From: Tolypothrix carrinoi HA7290-LM1
Lineage (GTDB): Bacteria; Cyanobacteriota; Cyanobacteriia; Cyanobacteriales; Nostocaceae
Length of the DNA: 64,000 nucleotides
Assembly (NCBI GenBank): GCA_019358935.1
Contig: JAHHIK010000035.1
Coordinates: 1-64,000 of the forward strand
Direction of reading: 5' to 3'
In this document: positions 8,990 through 18,521 of the stretch, piece after piece
Numbering within the stretch: the first letter of the stretch is position 1
How the letters are laid out: the number at the start of each line of letters is the position of its first letter
Program-made: the position numbers and the translations under genes
The notes under the pieces: model-generated
The model's database searches: none
What the model was told of the DNA's origin: nothing
What the model saw: only the letters and a program-made list of their open reading frames with translations

Positions 8990-11491
8990 CAAATATATTC
9001 CTCCTACTTGGAATGATTCATTTTCTTCTTTTACCCAGACTTGGGCATATTGCCAATAACGTTGTACTTCTTCATTACTAGGACGTTCCTTTTTATTACT
9101 ACGCAATCCTTCATTAGCTAAAGCAAAAATATTCAGCACATTGGTGCTAACTTCTCTCACGGTTTTAATTAAATCTCGCCACTTTGCATCAGGTGGTGAA
9201 CTGCGGGTGTCTAAATGCAAGCTGTAAGCTATTAAAAGCCTCTGTATTGCACTTGAAAAGTCTTGAATTCGCAAGGAAGTTGATAAACCCAATAAATTCC
9301 AAAATCCAGCCGGACCATCCAGAATTACTGATTCTTTAAAGTCGCGATCGCTGTTATAAAGCGGTACAGAACTGCTAGTAGCTATTACTTTTACTCCTAG
9401 CAACATCGGAAGCGTCAAAGCTATAAAAGCAGGTTGTACCCAAGCATCTGTAAGGGTTTTACCGCGTGTTGTTGTGTAACTCATCGCCATAAATGGCAAC
9501 TCTTCTGTAGCATATTTATGCTTATCTTGTTCAAAACGACCCGATTCTGGTTCATCTGGTAGCCAACTAACAGATTGCAATCCCCTGTAATTCATACCTG
9601 CTTCCAGCCACTTTTTACGCACATCCCAAAGATTTACCTGCTTCATATCGTTGACTAATAATTTGATAGCAGCAGCAGTTTGAGGTGAATAAACATAAGC
9701 GGGAAAAATATACAAAAATATAGGTTGCTGTTCTTCAAGTTTGCCTGCTGGGACTGACCAAAATGCTTGACGCAATAACATTTCTAAAGCCCAGATTTTA
9801 GAAATTCCGCGTTTAATCTGCCGACCCCCAAGGGCATTTTTATTACTGTATTGCTGGGGTTTAAATAATACAACAGAGTCCATTTGGTCTTCTGATGCAA
9901 ATTCCCCAGAACTGAGAGAACAAATTGGTTGTTTCGCAGCTTTAGTTTTAGCATCACTATATGCTGCAAATTCATCTGCAAATGCCGGTTGTTCTGTTTT
10001 CCATCCTTTGACTTCTAAATAGTGAGTTAGATAACTATAAAATATTTCCCGAATGGGGCTATGATGTTCGGGAAGTAAGTTGTTATCGCTAGCCCAAGTT
10101 GCTAAATCTTCTGCCCATTGATTGAGCTTTTCTGTAACATCTTCAGGTTTGAAAGTGGGATTATTGGCTACATAATAAGCTGCGGCTTGATACCAACCAT
10201 AATTTACTCCCCCTGATTGTACTTGTGTTTCTTCCGGTGATATTTTGTCTTGGATTTCTAAAGTATTTAGCATCCAAGTGATATATTCTGGAGAGTTACC
10301 AAAAAATTCTTTTTGAGTCAAAAAGATGAATTCAGCAATGCGATCAGCACGAATATCTGCACCTTGCTTGAGAAATTCTTTTTCTGATTCACTCAAAGAT
10401 AACTTTTCTAAACGTTTCGGTGTTGCTGGGTCTTTGATATTATTAACACGAGCCGCAATGACATTCGCAAGTTGGGGAATCAATTCAGCAGCCGAAAATA
10501 ATTCTAAGGTTTGAGGAGCAACTTTTAAACCCTTTCCATCTCGTTTGAAACCGATTTCTCCACCCAACATTCTACTACCTAAAACACCGCTTACCTGCTT
10601 CCAAATAAACTCTTGCAGTTTTAATCTGTCGGGTGTTTCACTATCATTAGGTGCAAGATAAACTACACCTTGAGCAAAAAATAAAAGCGGTTCCCATCCT
10701 AAATTTTTGGCAAAATTTACTGTGGCGTTGTGGATACCGTTAGTCAGGATGCCTAAAGTATCCCGCAGACGATGGTATACTAATTTTCTGTCAATACGCA
10801 AATAACTCAGGTGTTCGCGCAGGCGATCGCCTCCTGATTTTGTATCAATTTCTCCAGGGTCTTTCAAGTGAACTGCAATATCCCCAAAGCCGAGAAGATG
10901 GCGTAGAGGTGACTTGAGACGACGAGAATCGCTGATTTTAAATTTTTCTCCCCAGTAGAGATTTGTTCCGCATTTAAATTGGGTATTTTGTGCCAGAAAA
11001 GCAATATCTGAAAGATATTCTCGCCATTCTGACCAAAATAAATCAAAATCAAGTTTTTCTCCTAATTCTTGGCAAACTTCCAAAATTGCTGGAACATCCG
11101 AAGGATGAGGCGGTTTTTTAACTTGGCTGCGACAATGTTTGTCATAATCATGCAAGGTAATTCCCAAGCATAAAAGGCGCTTTTCGATATCTGATAAAGA
11201 TAAATCTTTACTTAAATAAGGAATTAAATTCCAAGATGTCAGCAAAGCATTTAACACATGTACCATTAAACTTTGGTCGGGATCTTGCGACCATTTATGA
11301 GCATTTTCTCTGGCGTATTTATCGCCAATTTTAGATAATATTTGATAATGTGCATCCTCGGAACCTCCTAAGGCTGTAGCAAGAGAAAATTCTCTTTCCA
11401 ATGCTGGCAGTACAGTCTGAATATATGAAAGTAGAATCGGGTCTGTATCTGCTGGTAAAGTTTCAATCAGCAGGGTTTGTAATAGAGTCAT
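8546..11491 (-). CDS. cas10d: Cas10d/Csc3 with N-terminal HD nuclease
   Basis: DQSLMVHVLN...GITLHDYDK HD motif; 981 aa; position in the operon. Confidence 0.96.
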   Translation of the reverse strand: MTLLQTLLIETLPADTDPILLSYIQTVLPALEREFSLATALGGSEDAHYQILSKIGDKYARENAHKWSQDPDQSLMVHVLNALLTSWNLIPYLSKDLSLSDIEKRLLCLGITLHDYDKHCRSQVKKPPHPSDVPAILEVCQELGEKLDFDLFWSEWREYLSDIAFLAQNTQFKCGTNLYWGEKFKISDSRRLKSPLRHLLGFGDIAVHLKDPGEIDTKSGGDRLREHLSYLRIDRKLVYHRLRDTLGILTNGIHNATVNFAKNLGWEPLLFFAQGVVYLAPNDSETPDRLKLQEFIWKQVSGVLGSRMLGGEIGFKRDGKGLKVAPQTLELFSAAELIPQLANVIAARVNNIKDPATPKRLEKLSLSESEKEFLKQGADIRADRIAEFIFLTQKEFFGNSPEYITWMLNTLEIQDKISPEETQVQSGGVNYGWYQAAAYYVANNPTFKPEDVTEKLNQWAEDLATWASDNNLLPEHHSPIREIFYSYLTHYLEVKGWKTEQPAFADEFAAYSDAKTKAAKQPICSLSSGEFASEDQMDSVVLFKPQQYSNKNALGGRQIKRGISKIWALEMLLRQAFWSVPAGKLEEQQPIFLYIFPAYVYSPQTAAAIKLLVNDMKQVNLWDVRKKWLEAGMNYRGLQSVSWLPDEPESGRFEQDKHKYATEELPFMAMSYTTTRGKTLTDAWVQPAFIALTLPMLLGVKVIATSSSVPLYNSDRDFKESVILDGPAGFWNLLGLSTSLRIQDFSSAIQRLLIAYSLHLDTRSSPPDAKWRDLIKTVREVSTNVLNIFALANEGLRSNKKERPSNEEVQRYWQYAQVWVKEENESFQVGGIYLMKLMEKLVREYRTFYQAKLGESSYTILLPISKALEVILTVPQQVDEEDLILQAAGQIKDAIQRQEVYKRPLIMDKSVDLATREARELTAIHAFITTCVKELFIGLYKGDRALLQENRNRIKSGAEFAYRWLALQENSSKSKLQGEES

Positions 11492-11501
11492 GATAATTTA
11501 C

Positions 11502-13631
11502 CTAAAATATTGATGATTCAAATCGAGTTTGGAAAAACTTTTTTAATCGCCATTTCAGAGCTTCTAGTAGCAACGCATCTTGATTAAAAGCACAAGCGTA
11601 AGCTTGTTCCCCACCATCAGTCAAACGATACAAACCAAATAACGGATTGAGTTTGAGAATTTTACTAACTTCCCAGTGGCTATTTAGTGGCTTTTTAATG
11701 ACAGGAACCAAAAAAGCAAGTAATTTATTTTGTTTCAAACAAGCGATAACATCAGATTGAGGATGTCCGATTATACTCAGCTTGTCTACTAAATAAAGTT
11801 GACAAAAATGCAATTCGCTACTCTTGCGGCTGCAATGCAAGCTAATATCTTCTCGTTTGTCTAGCCAACTTTGAACCCGCAGATAAACTTTGATATAATC
11901 CTCTGGAAATTCTTCTTCTCCATGACCAGATTTAGATGCTGCTTGCAGATATGTTTCTCGGTCTGTGACTTCTACCATTGCATAAGGTAAAAATCTCAAC
12001 AGGTCATAAGTGTAAAATCTATTATTGTCCCAAACCGCAGCTTGTAAAGTCGAACCACCTCGAAACCGCAAAAGTTCTTGTTGCGTTGCTTTTTCGACAT
12101 CAGTTTTTTGCTTTTTACACCAATAACCACGTACTGATTCGATGCTTTGGGAATAGACGCGCTGCAAATCTTCAGTCATGCGATCGCGTACAATTTGACT
12201 TACCTTGGCGTTTTCCTGACTCATCCGCGTCAGCATCCCCTGTGCTTGCAATGCACCCCAACGCTTGCGATATTCATCGAATTCTTTGGGTGGGTCAAAT
12301 GCATAAGCGATGACATCTGTCAACTCGCTTCGTTCCACACTTTGACCGAGACTGAGTTTTTCTTGCAGTTTTGCCATTACCCAAGGTGTGCGATCGCCAA
12401 CCAAAATAAAAGCTGTGTATGCAGAAAAGTCAGGATGTCTTCCCAAACGACCCAAACGTTGCACCATAGTTGCCGAGTCGCTACTCTCAAAAATCAACAG
12501 GTGAATTTTAAAGTCAACCCCAACATCCACCGCAGATGTTCCCACAATCAAAACTGGTTGCTTGGCATCTTTAAGTTTAGCTTGGATTTCTAACCTTTCG
12601 TGACGGTCAATGCGTCCGCTAATTTCTCTAACAATAACTTCTGGGAGTAATTCCTGAAGTTTCCGAGTTATCAAACCCGCTTTGGCAACAGAATTGATAA
12701 TAATCAAACCTCTACCTTTCGACTCTGCATTCAATATTTTTTGAATATCAGAAGCCTTTTGGGTCAACCACGATAACGTATCTGTCTCTTTTAATTCCAC
12801 AAACTCTAATTCAACACGTTGGAGAATTTGCCGATAGCCAGGAGTATCTTCACTCGCATAAACTCCCTCAATTTCTGCAATCTTAAACCCAGTTTGCCGC
12901 AGTTGGTCAATGAAACCTGATTTGGGAGTCGCGGAAGTAAACAAAAATCGTCTGGGACGTGACTGATTTTCTTGGGAACGACGGATCAGCGTCATGCTAT
13001 TTAAAACCGCTGCTTCTTGATGCGGTCCGAAAATCGGAAACTCATCAAACACCCACAAATCTGGAAATTCTGCCAGCATTAAAGGTAGCAAGTCACCACC
13101 ATAAGCTGAATCTCGATACTGGAAGTGAGTAATGTAATGAAAAATATCAGGATTGGTCAGCAAAAACGGTTTATGTTCGATAGCTAGTAATAATTCATGA
13201 AACTTATTACTTTTTTCTGCTTGTTTGACTCGACGACTTAGTTCTGCACCAAATAAGCGGTCAACTCGTTGAGAAGCATCCAAACCAAACAAATCATGAT
13301 AGCGTTTTTGCTGTTCGGTCTGGTCTTCCACCAACTCGATGGTAGGATATAACCCCATTATGCGAAAATTAGGATCGAGCAATCCCGGTAACGAAGCACC
13401 TAGAGATTTTCCATCACCAGTTGCAGACTTATTAAAAATAATGTCTGCTTCCCCTTGGATAACGGCAGCACAAGTTTTTGCTTGGTGAGACGAGAGTGGG
13501 CAGGTGCAACCCGGAGGGGGTTTAAGATTGGATGCTTGTTGGTATACTTGACAAGTATATGTGCATCCCAGCGGACAATTGCCCACTCCCAGATTTAGTT
13601 GGGAGTAGAGAGGGTGTAAAAAAAGCTTCAT
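11502..13631 (-). CDS. cas3: Type I-D helicase Cas3'
   Basis: SATGDGKS (Walker A), DEFP (motif II variant), TSAT, VDVGVDF, QRLGRLGRH; no HD domain. Confidence 0.95.
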   Translation of the reverse strand: MKLFLHPLYSQLNLGVGNCPLGCTYTCQVYQQASNLKPPPGCTCPLSSHQAKTCAAVIQGEADIIFNKSATGDGKSLGASLPGLLDPNFRIMGLYPTIELVEDQTEQQKRYHDLFGLDASQRVDRLFGAELSRRVKQAEKSNKFHELLLAIEHKPFLLTNPDIFHYITHFQYRDSAYGGDLLPLMLAEFPDLWVFDEFPIFGPHQEAAVLNSMTLIRRSQENQSRPRRFLFTSATPKSGFIDQLRQTGFKIAEIEGVYASEDTPGYRQILQRVELEFVELKETDTLSWLTQKASDIQKILNAESKGRGLIIINSVAKAGLITRKLQELLPEVIVREISGRIDRHERLEIQAKLKDAKQPVLIVGTSAVDVGVDFKIHLLIFESSDSATMVQRLGRLGRHPDFSAYTAFILVGDRTPWVMAKLQEKLSLGQSVERSELTDVIAYAFDPPKEFDEYRKRWGALQAQGMLTRMSQENAKVSQIVRDRMTEDLQRVYSQSIESVRGYWCKKQKTDVEKATQQELLRFRGGSTLQAAVWDNNRFYTYDLLRFLPYAMVEVTDRETYLQAASKSGHGEEEFPEDYIKVYLRVQSWLDKREDISLHCSRKSSELHFCQLYLVDKLSIIGHPQSDVIACLKQNKLLAFLVPVIKKPLNSHWEVSKILKLNPLFGLYRLTDGGEQAYACAFNQDALLLEALKWRLKKFFQTRFESSIF

Positions 13632-13693
13632 TTCATTAACCCTGTGTTAGCTGAACACAGTTTATTACCCATTAGGGGAAAGTCGTAGTCAAA

Positions 13694-13736
13694 ATTTGAT
13701 ATCAATCTTTATCTATTGAAGCTTTTGATATCAAAT
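13694..13736. promoter_or_regulatory. Inverted repeat ATTTGATATCAA-N19-TTGATATCAAAT upstream of cas3', candidate regulator operator
   Basis: Perfect 12-bp arms, each containing the palindrome TTGATATCAA, 63-105 bp before the cas3' ATG. Confidence 0.5.
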
Positions 13737-13942
13737 AGAGAAAATTACTAAATGCAAACTTTGCCAGCAATTTAAATTCAATTACTGGCGTATTGTACTA
13801 CTTCTACAAAGTGAAGATAGCGAAAACACTACTTGTTGTTGGTTTCTACGTTACTACAATGTCGTAATCGTAGATAGAATACCCACACCCGAATCACCAG
13901 TATTTTCCGCAAGCTTCCTTTTGAAGGAGCTACAATTTAGCT

Positions 13943-14137
13943 TTAGTGCAACAAAGGAGGATTCAAATCCTTTTTCTGTGCATATATTCTGCAAGCCGTT
14001 ACAGAAACCTGCTTCCAAGCGGATAATCGGATTCGGTTAGTGTTTCCTGTCGCCGTTGATTGTTCAAGCAACAAATCGTAACTTTGCTCAATATTGAGAT
14101 GCAAAGATTCTGAAACTGTAGTAAAATTATGGTTCAT
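13943..14137 (-). CDS. Small hypothetical protein (64 aa, MNHNFTTVSESLHL...), candidate Cascade-repressed gene
   Basis: AAGGA about 10 nt before the ATG. Hairpin AGCTCCTT-CAA-AAGGAAGCT just after the stop (13912-13931). Lies downstream of the promoter targeted by the solitary repeat unit. Confidence 0.5.
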   Translation of the reverse strand: MNHNFTTVSESLHLNIEQSYDLLLEQSTATGNTNRIRLSAWKQVSVTACRIYAQKKDLNPPLLH

Positions 14138-14313
14138 TTGAGATTCAGTCCTTTTGGATAAATGACTAATTTGAGGCAAAAAGTATTGTTACTTGCCTCT
14201 AAGAATAAGAACTTTAAGTAACCTCCGTTGGAATGCCACTTCCTGCGGGGTTTTTGCTTAGGTTTTTACTCTTAATTAATTTTTACCACCTGCACGCCCA
14301 TTAAGTCAAGATA

Positions 14314-14337
14314 CTATTTGATTATATGTACAGTTAC
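14314..14337 (-). promoter_or_regulatory. Promoter -10 (TATAAT, 14326-14321) overlapped by a protospacer-like site with GTA PAM
   Basis: Minus strand reads GTA-ACTGTACATATAATCAAATAG, matching 14443-14463 at 17/21 positions. Confidence 0.7.
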
Positions 14338-14405
14338 CAAAAAAACTCTAATCCGGCTTCTGCCGACTTACTTAATGGTATTATTTTGGTAGGAAAGGCG
14401 GTTTT

Positions 14406-14482
14406 GTTTAATGTAATGAGTTCCTGCAAGCGGGATTGAAACACTGTCCATTTTATCAACTAGCCTTTCCCAAAGATTAAAC
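14406..14482 (+). ncRNA. crRNA-like RNA: solitary degenerate repeat (14406-14442), about 22-nt spacer, possible collapsed second repeat CTTTCCCAAAGATTAAAC (14465-14482)
   Basis: GTTTAATGTAATGAGTTCCTGCAAGCGGGATTGAAAC is 37 bp. Its last 13 nt are identical to the array repeat and the hairpin CCTG-CAAG-CGGG is preserved. Confidence 0.8.
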
Positions 14483-14528
14483 CATTAGAAGTTCCCTCGG
14501 ACAGCAAGAGATACTTGCACCGCGAACT

Positions 14529-15494
14529 ATGTCCTCGAACCAAAACAAAGATTACAACCAAATCGCCTTTGCCCTAGAAATCCTCAAACAGCTAGCAGAG
14601 AAGCCACGGAAGCGAGAAGAATTAGTTGACTTGCTATCTCCATTTATGGAAGCACACGGCAAGTCATCAGACGACATGGACATCAAGCAAAAACTCACCC
14701 GCACAATTCGCAAGCTGAGAGACTGCGGTATAGAAATTAAAAGTGCGCCTCACCATCCTTACGAACTGGTAGAGTCAAATTTCCCCGTTATTCTCTCAAC
14801 CGAACAGCGACAGGCATTAGCACTAGCAGCTTATTTCTTTGCGGGGATGGGCTTTTCTTTCCAAGCAAGCCAAATTTTGCGGATTGGTAATCTCAAAGAA
14901 TCTGACATTCCAGAATTTGTCAAAGTTAATTTTAGCCCTCCTGTTGATTACAGCGAGAACAAACTTGATGTTATTGTTCGCCACCTTCAGGAAAGATTTC
15001 AACAACAACGTCGTTATACTATTACCTACCAAAGCAACAAAGGAGGACAGCGTATTTGGGATATTGACCGCTCAGAATTGCGTTTTCATAACGGTGTTCT
15101 TTACCTTTTTGCATTTATTCCCGATTGGAAGTCGTGGCGATTTCCAACTTTCCCCAACATCGACCAAAATCATATATTTAGAGTAGATAGAATAGTTAAT
15201 GTTGGTCCTGCTTCTGATGTACATTGGCTATCTTGCGAGTTCCCCAAGTTGGAAATTCACTACCGCATGAGTGGTGACTTAGCAAACTACCAACCCCGTC
15301 GCGAGGGAGAACAAGTAATTCATCGAGATGCGGAAGGTAAATTTGTTGATATTGCTACACTAGAAGATTATTGGTTTTGGTTTCGACAGCGAATGTTGCA
15401 ATATGGGGCAAATGTTCAAATTTTAGCCCCAGACTTTTTAGCAAAAGAAATTAAACAGGAGCATGAAAAGGCATATGAAAAATATTGCTCATAG
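14529..15494 (+). CDS. WYL-domain transcriptional regulator associated with type I-D
   Basis: N-terminal wHTH-like region (LTRTIRKLRDCG), LYLFAF...FRVDRI WYL core and LQYGANVQILAP WCX tail; divergent from cas3'. Confidence 0.92.
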   Translation: MSSNQNKDYNQIAFALEILKQLAEKPRKREELVDLLSPFMEAHGKSSDDMDIKQKLTRTIRKLRDCGIEIKSAPHHPYELVESNFPVILSTEQRQALALAAYFFAGMGFSFQASQILRIGNLKESDIPEFVKVNFSPPVDYSENKLDVIVRHLQERFQQQRRYTITYQSNKGGQRIWDIDRSELRFHNGVLYLFAFIPDWKSWRFPTFPNIDQNHIFRVDRIVNVGPASDVHWLSCEFPKLEIHYRMSGDLANYQPRREGEQVIHRDAEGKFVDIATLEDYWFWFRQRMLQYGANVQILAPDFLAKEIKQEHEKAYEKYCS

Positions 15495-15697
15495 TCAAGT
15501 TGATTTGTAATGCCAGCATAGCTGCCTTTTGGCATTAGAGGGCTAATAGTTCTATAAAATATAGGCAAATATTACCATTACTTATAGTTCTATTGCTGAA
15601 AGGACGCGGCTATCTTTCTGACTGGCATTTGTTCAATAATACTAGAATATGAGAAAGATTGATGAAAATCTCATGCAGTAGAGAAAATATATTACCC

Positions 15698-16366
15698 ATG
15701 AATTCCAAAAATCTTCCCAAATCAGCTTTTTTTCAAACTACTAGTTACTTGATACTCAGTATCTTGACTGTAACGAATACATTACAATTCGCCAAAGCAG
15801 AAGTACGCAATTTAAATATTACCAAACAACATACACAAATACAACTACTAGCGCAGTTCTCAGACAACCAAGACCAAGAGCGATCGCAACTTCGGCAAAC
15901 AGCAAACACTTTATTGAACCAAGGTGATTTGACTGGTGCGGAAGAAACTTTACGTAAGTTAATTAAAAAATTTCCCTCAGATAGTTTCGGATATTACCAG
16001 TTAGGGAATGTTCTATTTCGTCAGGGCAAAAAAGAAGATGCAATCAAACAATATCAGAAAGCGACTGAGAAAAATTCTAAATATGCTCTTGCATATAATG
16101 CAATGGGTCAAGTTTATGCAAGTCAACAGCAATGGTCATCAGCAATTGCAGAGTATCAGAAAGCACTAACTATCAATCCTAATTATGGTGATGCGTTGAG
16201 GAATATGGCTATAGCTCTTTGGAAACAAGGCAATCACTTTGAAGCGATCGCATATGCAGAAAAAGCATTAAATATTTTTAAAGCACAAAATAGACCTGAG
16301 AAAGCAGGACAAATTGAGCAGATTTTACGGCAAATGAAAACTGGTGACGATCCGACGATTTCGTAA
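15698..16366 (+). CDS. Secreted tetratricopeptide-repeat protein (start may be 15662)
   Basis: Signal-like N-terminus; TPR motifs GYYQLGNVL, AYNAMGQVY, ALRNMAIAL. Confidence 0.88.
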   Translation: MNSKNLPKSAFFQTTSYLILSILTVTNTLQFAKAEVRNLNITKQHTQIQLLAQFSDNQDQERSQLRQTANTLLNQGDLTGAEETLRKLIKKFPSDSFGYYQLGNVLFRQGKKEDAIKQYQKATEKNSKYALAYNAMGQVYASQQQWSSAIAEYQKALTINPNYGDALRNMAIALWKQGNHFEAIAYAEKALNIFKAQNRPEKAGQIEQILRQMKTGDDPTIS

Positions 16367-16638
16367 AGTGGGAGAGGCAACAAAGAAAAAATTACATCCT
16401 AATCTTATACCAGGGACATTCCGTTCGCCTTGGTCTCCCACAAAACAAGGAATAAGAGTTTCAGAAAGTTATTGCCTAAGTCCTGCAATCTACAGAAATC
16501 ATCATCCTAGAAATGAAAGTCAAAATTTCCCAGCCAAGGGGTATATCTTCTGGCTGGGAAATTTTGACATTTAACTCTCTTTAGTCATCTAATTTCTAGA
16601 TGCATTCACTTATTTAACTAGCCTTAATCATCTGATAT

Positions 16639-16977
16639 TTATTGGATTTCCATTGACCACGGTATCCCCTTATCTGGTGAAAAAAGATGAATTTTGGAGT
16701 TATTAGAAAACAACTTAAACTTTTTGACAAATTCGGGGATAGCGTTTGTGATATGACAGTAACTTTCAACGTCATAGCAGATCATAATTAACATCAAAGG
16801 GCTAGTATTTATCTGAAAATACCAGTGACAACTTGATAGTAAAACTCGCATAATCGGAGTACAGGCTTCGTAAAAGCGTCTGTTTATAGCTTCTTCAAGC
16901 TGCCTGTACATTAACTCAGTAAGTAACGTTGCCTTAGTCGTAGGCAAATCATCTGGATGAAGGTTAGATATATTCAT
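16639..16977 (-). CDS. Hypothetical protein
   Basis: 112-aa ORF with ATG start, co-oriented with the upstream genes. Confidence 0.7.
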   Translation of the reverse strand: MNISNLHPDDLPTTKATLLTELMYRQLEEAINRRFYEACTPIMRVLLSSCHWYFQINTSPLMLIMICYDVESYCHITNAIPEFVKKFKLFSNNSKIHLFSPDKGIPWSMEIQ

Positions 16978-16989
16978 AACGAGTAATTG

Positions 16990-17146
16990 TGAGTTGATAG
17001 TTGTTAGGTGTTAGTTCATAGTTGTTGGGTGTTAGTTGGAGCGTTGATAGTTGTTGGTTGTTGGTTGATAGTTGCTAACCACTAACCAATAACCACTAAC
17101 CACTAACAACGCTCCCACTATCCACTATCAACTAACCAATAACTAA
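16990..17146. repeat. STRR-type heptamer tracts (GTTGATA/GTTGTTG, then CCACTAA) forming a long imperfect palindrome
   Basis: Visible tandem 7-mers in opposite orientations. Confidence 0.8.
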
Positions 17147-17157
17147 TCTTAATCTTT

Positions 17158-18165
17158 TCATACATAATTTTGCACCTCTTGGTTATAACGTGTCAAACTG
17201 TCTAGGTTTTTTTGCAGATTTAACGAGCATGGATTGAGTGCAAGAGTACCTAAATGAAGTTCATCTTGAAATCGTTTGATTTTGTCACGACAGGTAGTAA
17301 CATCACCAATAATCGAGTTTTCACTTCAATAGTCTTCATCAAAACAGCTTTTGGAACCATTAATTGGCTGGAGATGTTGACTGTTATTATCACAACTTTC
17401 CACTCTCGCTCTGAAAGCTTTCATTCTCTGGCTAAAGTTACGCAGAAAAGGTAATGCCTCACTTACTGCTTCATCGTATGTAGGAGCGACAAAAAAGAAG
17501 CGTGCTAGCATCAGTTGGTCAAAACCATTAGAATTAATCGCACGATATTTCGCAACATTGTTCTTGAGCGTATCCATACTAAATGGTACTCCCCCCATCA
17601 AGCCAAAAGAATTGAGAGCAGCAAAGGCGATCGCCTCATCATCACTAGTTGCTAAATATACTGGGATGTGTTTCTGCAAAGGCTTTGGATAAACTGTTAC
17701 GCTCGCGCATTCATAATATTTCCCGCTAAACGACACATCAGTGTCATACAGCAATTTATGAATCAACGTCATCGCTTCTAACGTCTTAGGACGTGATTCA
17801 CTTGTAGGAGTGTTAAAGTGCTTATTTTGGTCAGGAAATGGTCCACCCTTGGCAATTCCAAACAAAAGTCGTCCGTTGCACAGATTATCTAATGTGGCAA
17901 TGCTTTCTGCAATAGCGATCGGGTTGTGAAATGCCAGCAATACTGCTGCTGATCCTAATCTAATTGTGGAAGTCACACCCGCTAAATGTGCCATCAATAC
18001 CAAAATAGATGGACTCACACTAAAATCGTTAAAATGATGCTCTGTTACCCAAGCTGACTCAAATCCTAAGCTTTCTGCACGTCTGACTAATGCTACTTGC
18101 TCAAAAATTGCACGACGAGCATCGTGATGATGATTTTCGTAGTTGCAAAAAATTCCAGTTTTCAT
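17158..18165 (-). pseudogene. LLM-class (luciferase-like) flavin monooxygenase with in-frame TGA at 17326-17328
   Basis: AESLGFESAWVTEHHF, TIRLGSAAVLL. After DEDY-TGA the same frame continues SENSIIGDVTTCRDKIKRF...QNYV to a stop at 17158. Confidence 0.85.
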
Positions 18166-18521
18166 AGTAGGTGTTCCTGTTCTTGTGTCAACATCCAGTG
18201 CAGTTCTAACCACAAGCGGGGATGAGCATCCTTTAACTTTGATTGGGGATCTCGCAACAACCGACTAGCATTAATGCAAACAACTTCAGCTAGTCCCAGA
18301 TGTTGTGCTACATCTTTGAGTACATCTTTTTGCTCTTTGAGAATAGCAATCATGCTATCAGGACAGTAAATTCCGATGTATGGTAGAGAGCGATCGCAGT
18401 GTTTTCTCAAAGAAGATTGGATAACTTTTATATAGCAGTGGCGTAAGCATTCACCCAATTGTGGAAAAGAGTGATTAAGAACTATTGTGAATTGTTGCAC
18501 TAGGTCTTCTTCGGTAATCAT
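18162..18521 (-). CDS. Hypothetical protein
   Basis: 119 aa, GAGG before the ATG; stop overlaps the LLM start (ATGA). Confidence 0.75.
   Translation of the reverse strand: MITEEDLVQQFTIVLNHSFPQLGECLRHCYIKVIQSSLRKHCDRSLPYIGIYCPDSMIAILKEQKDVLKDVAQHLGLAEVVCINASRLLRDPQSKLKDAHPRLWLELHWMLTQEQEHLL

Noticed and set aside
13650..13665. Second target for the mini-spacer near the cas3' start (ACTGT on the minus strand)
   Set aside because: Only 5 nt match and the preceding bases are TAA, not GTN.
13943..14179. 78-aa version of the small ORF from TTG 14179
   Set aside because: No RBS at that TTG, and it lies in a hairpin. ATG 14137 has AAGGA upstream.
17326..17328. Selenocysteine readthrough of the TGA
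   Set aside because: The context suggests a Leu codon mutated (TTA to TGA) and no SECIS-like hairpin is evident.
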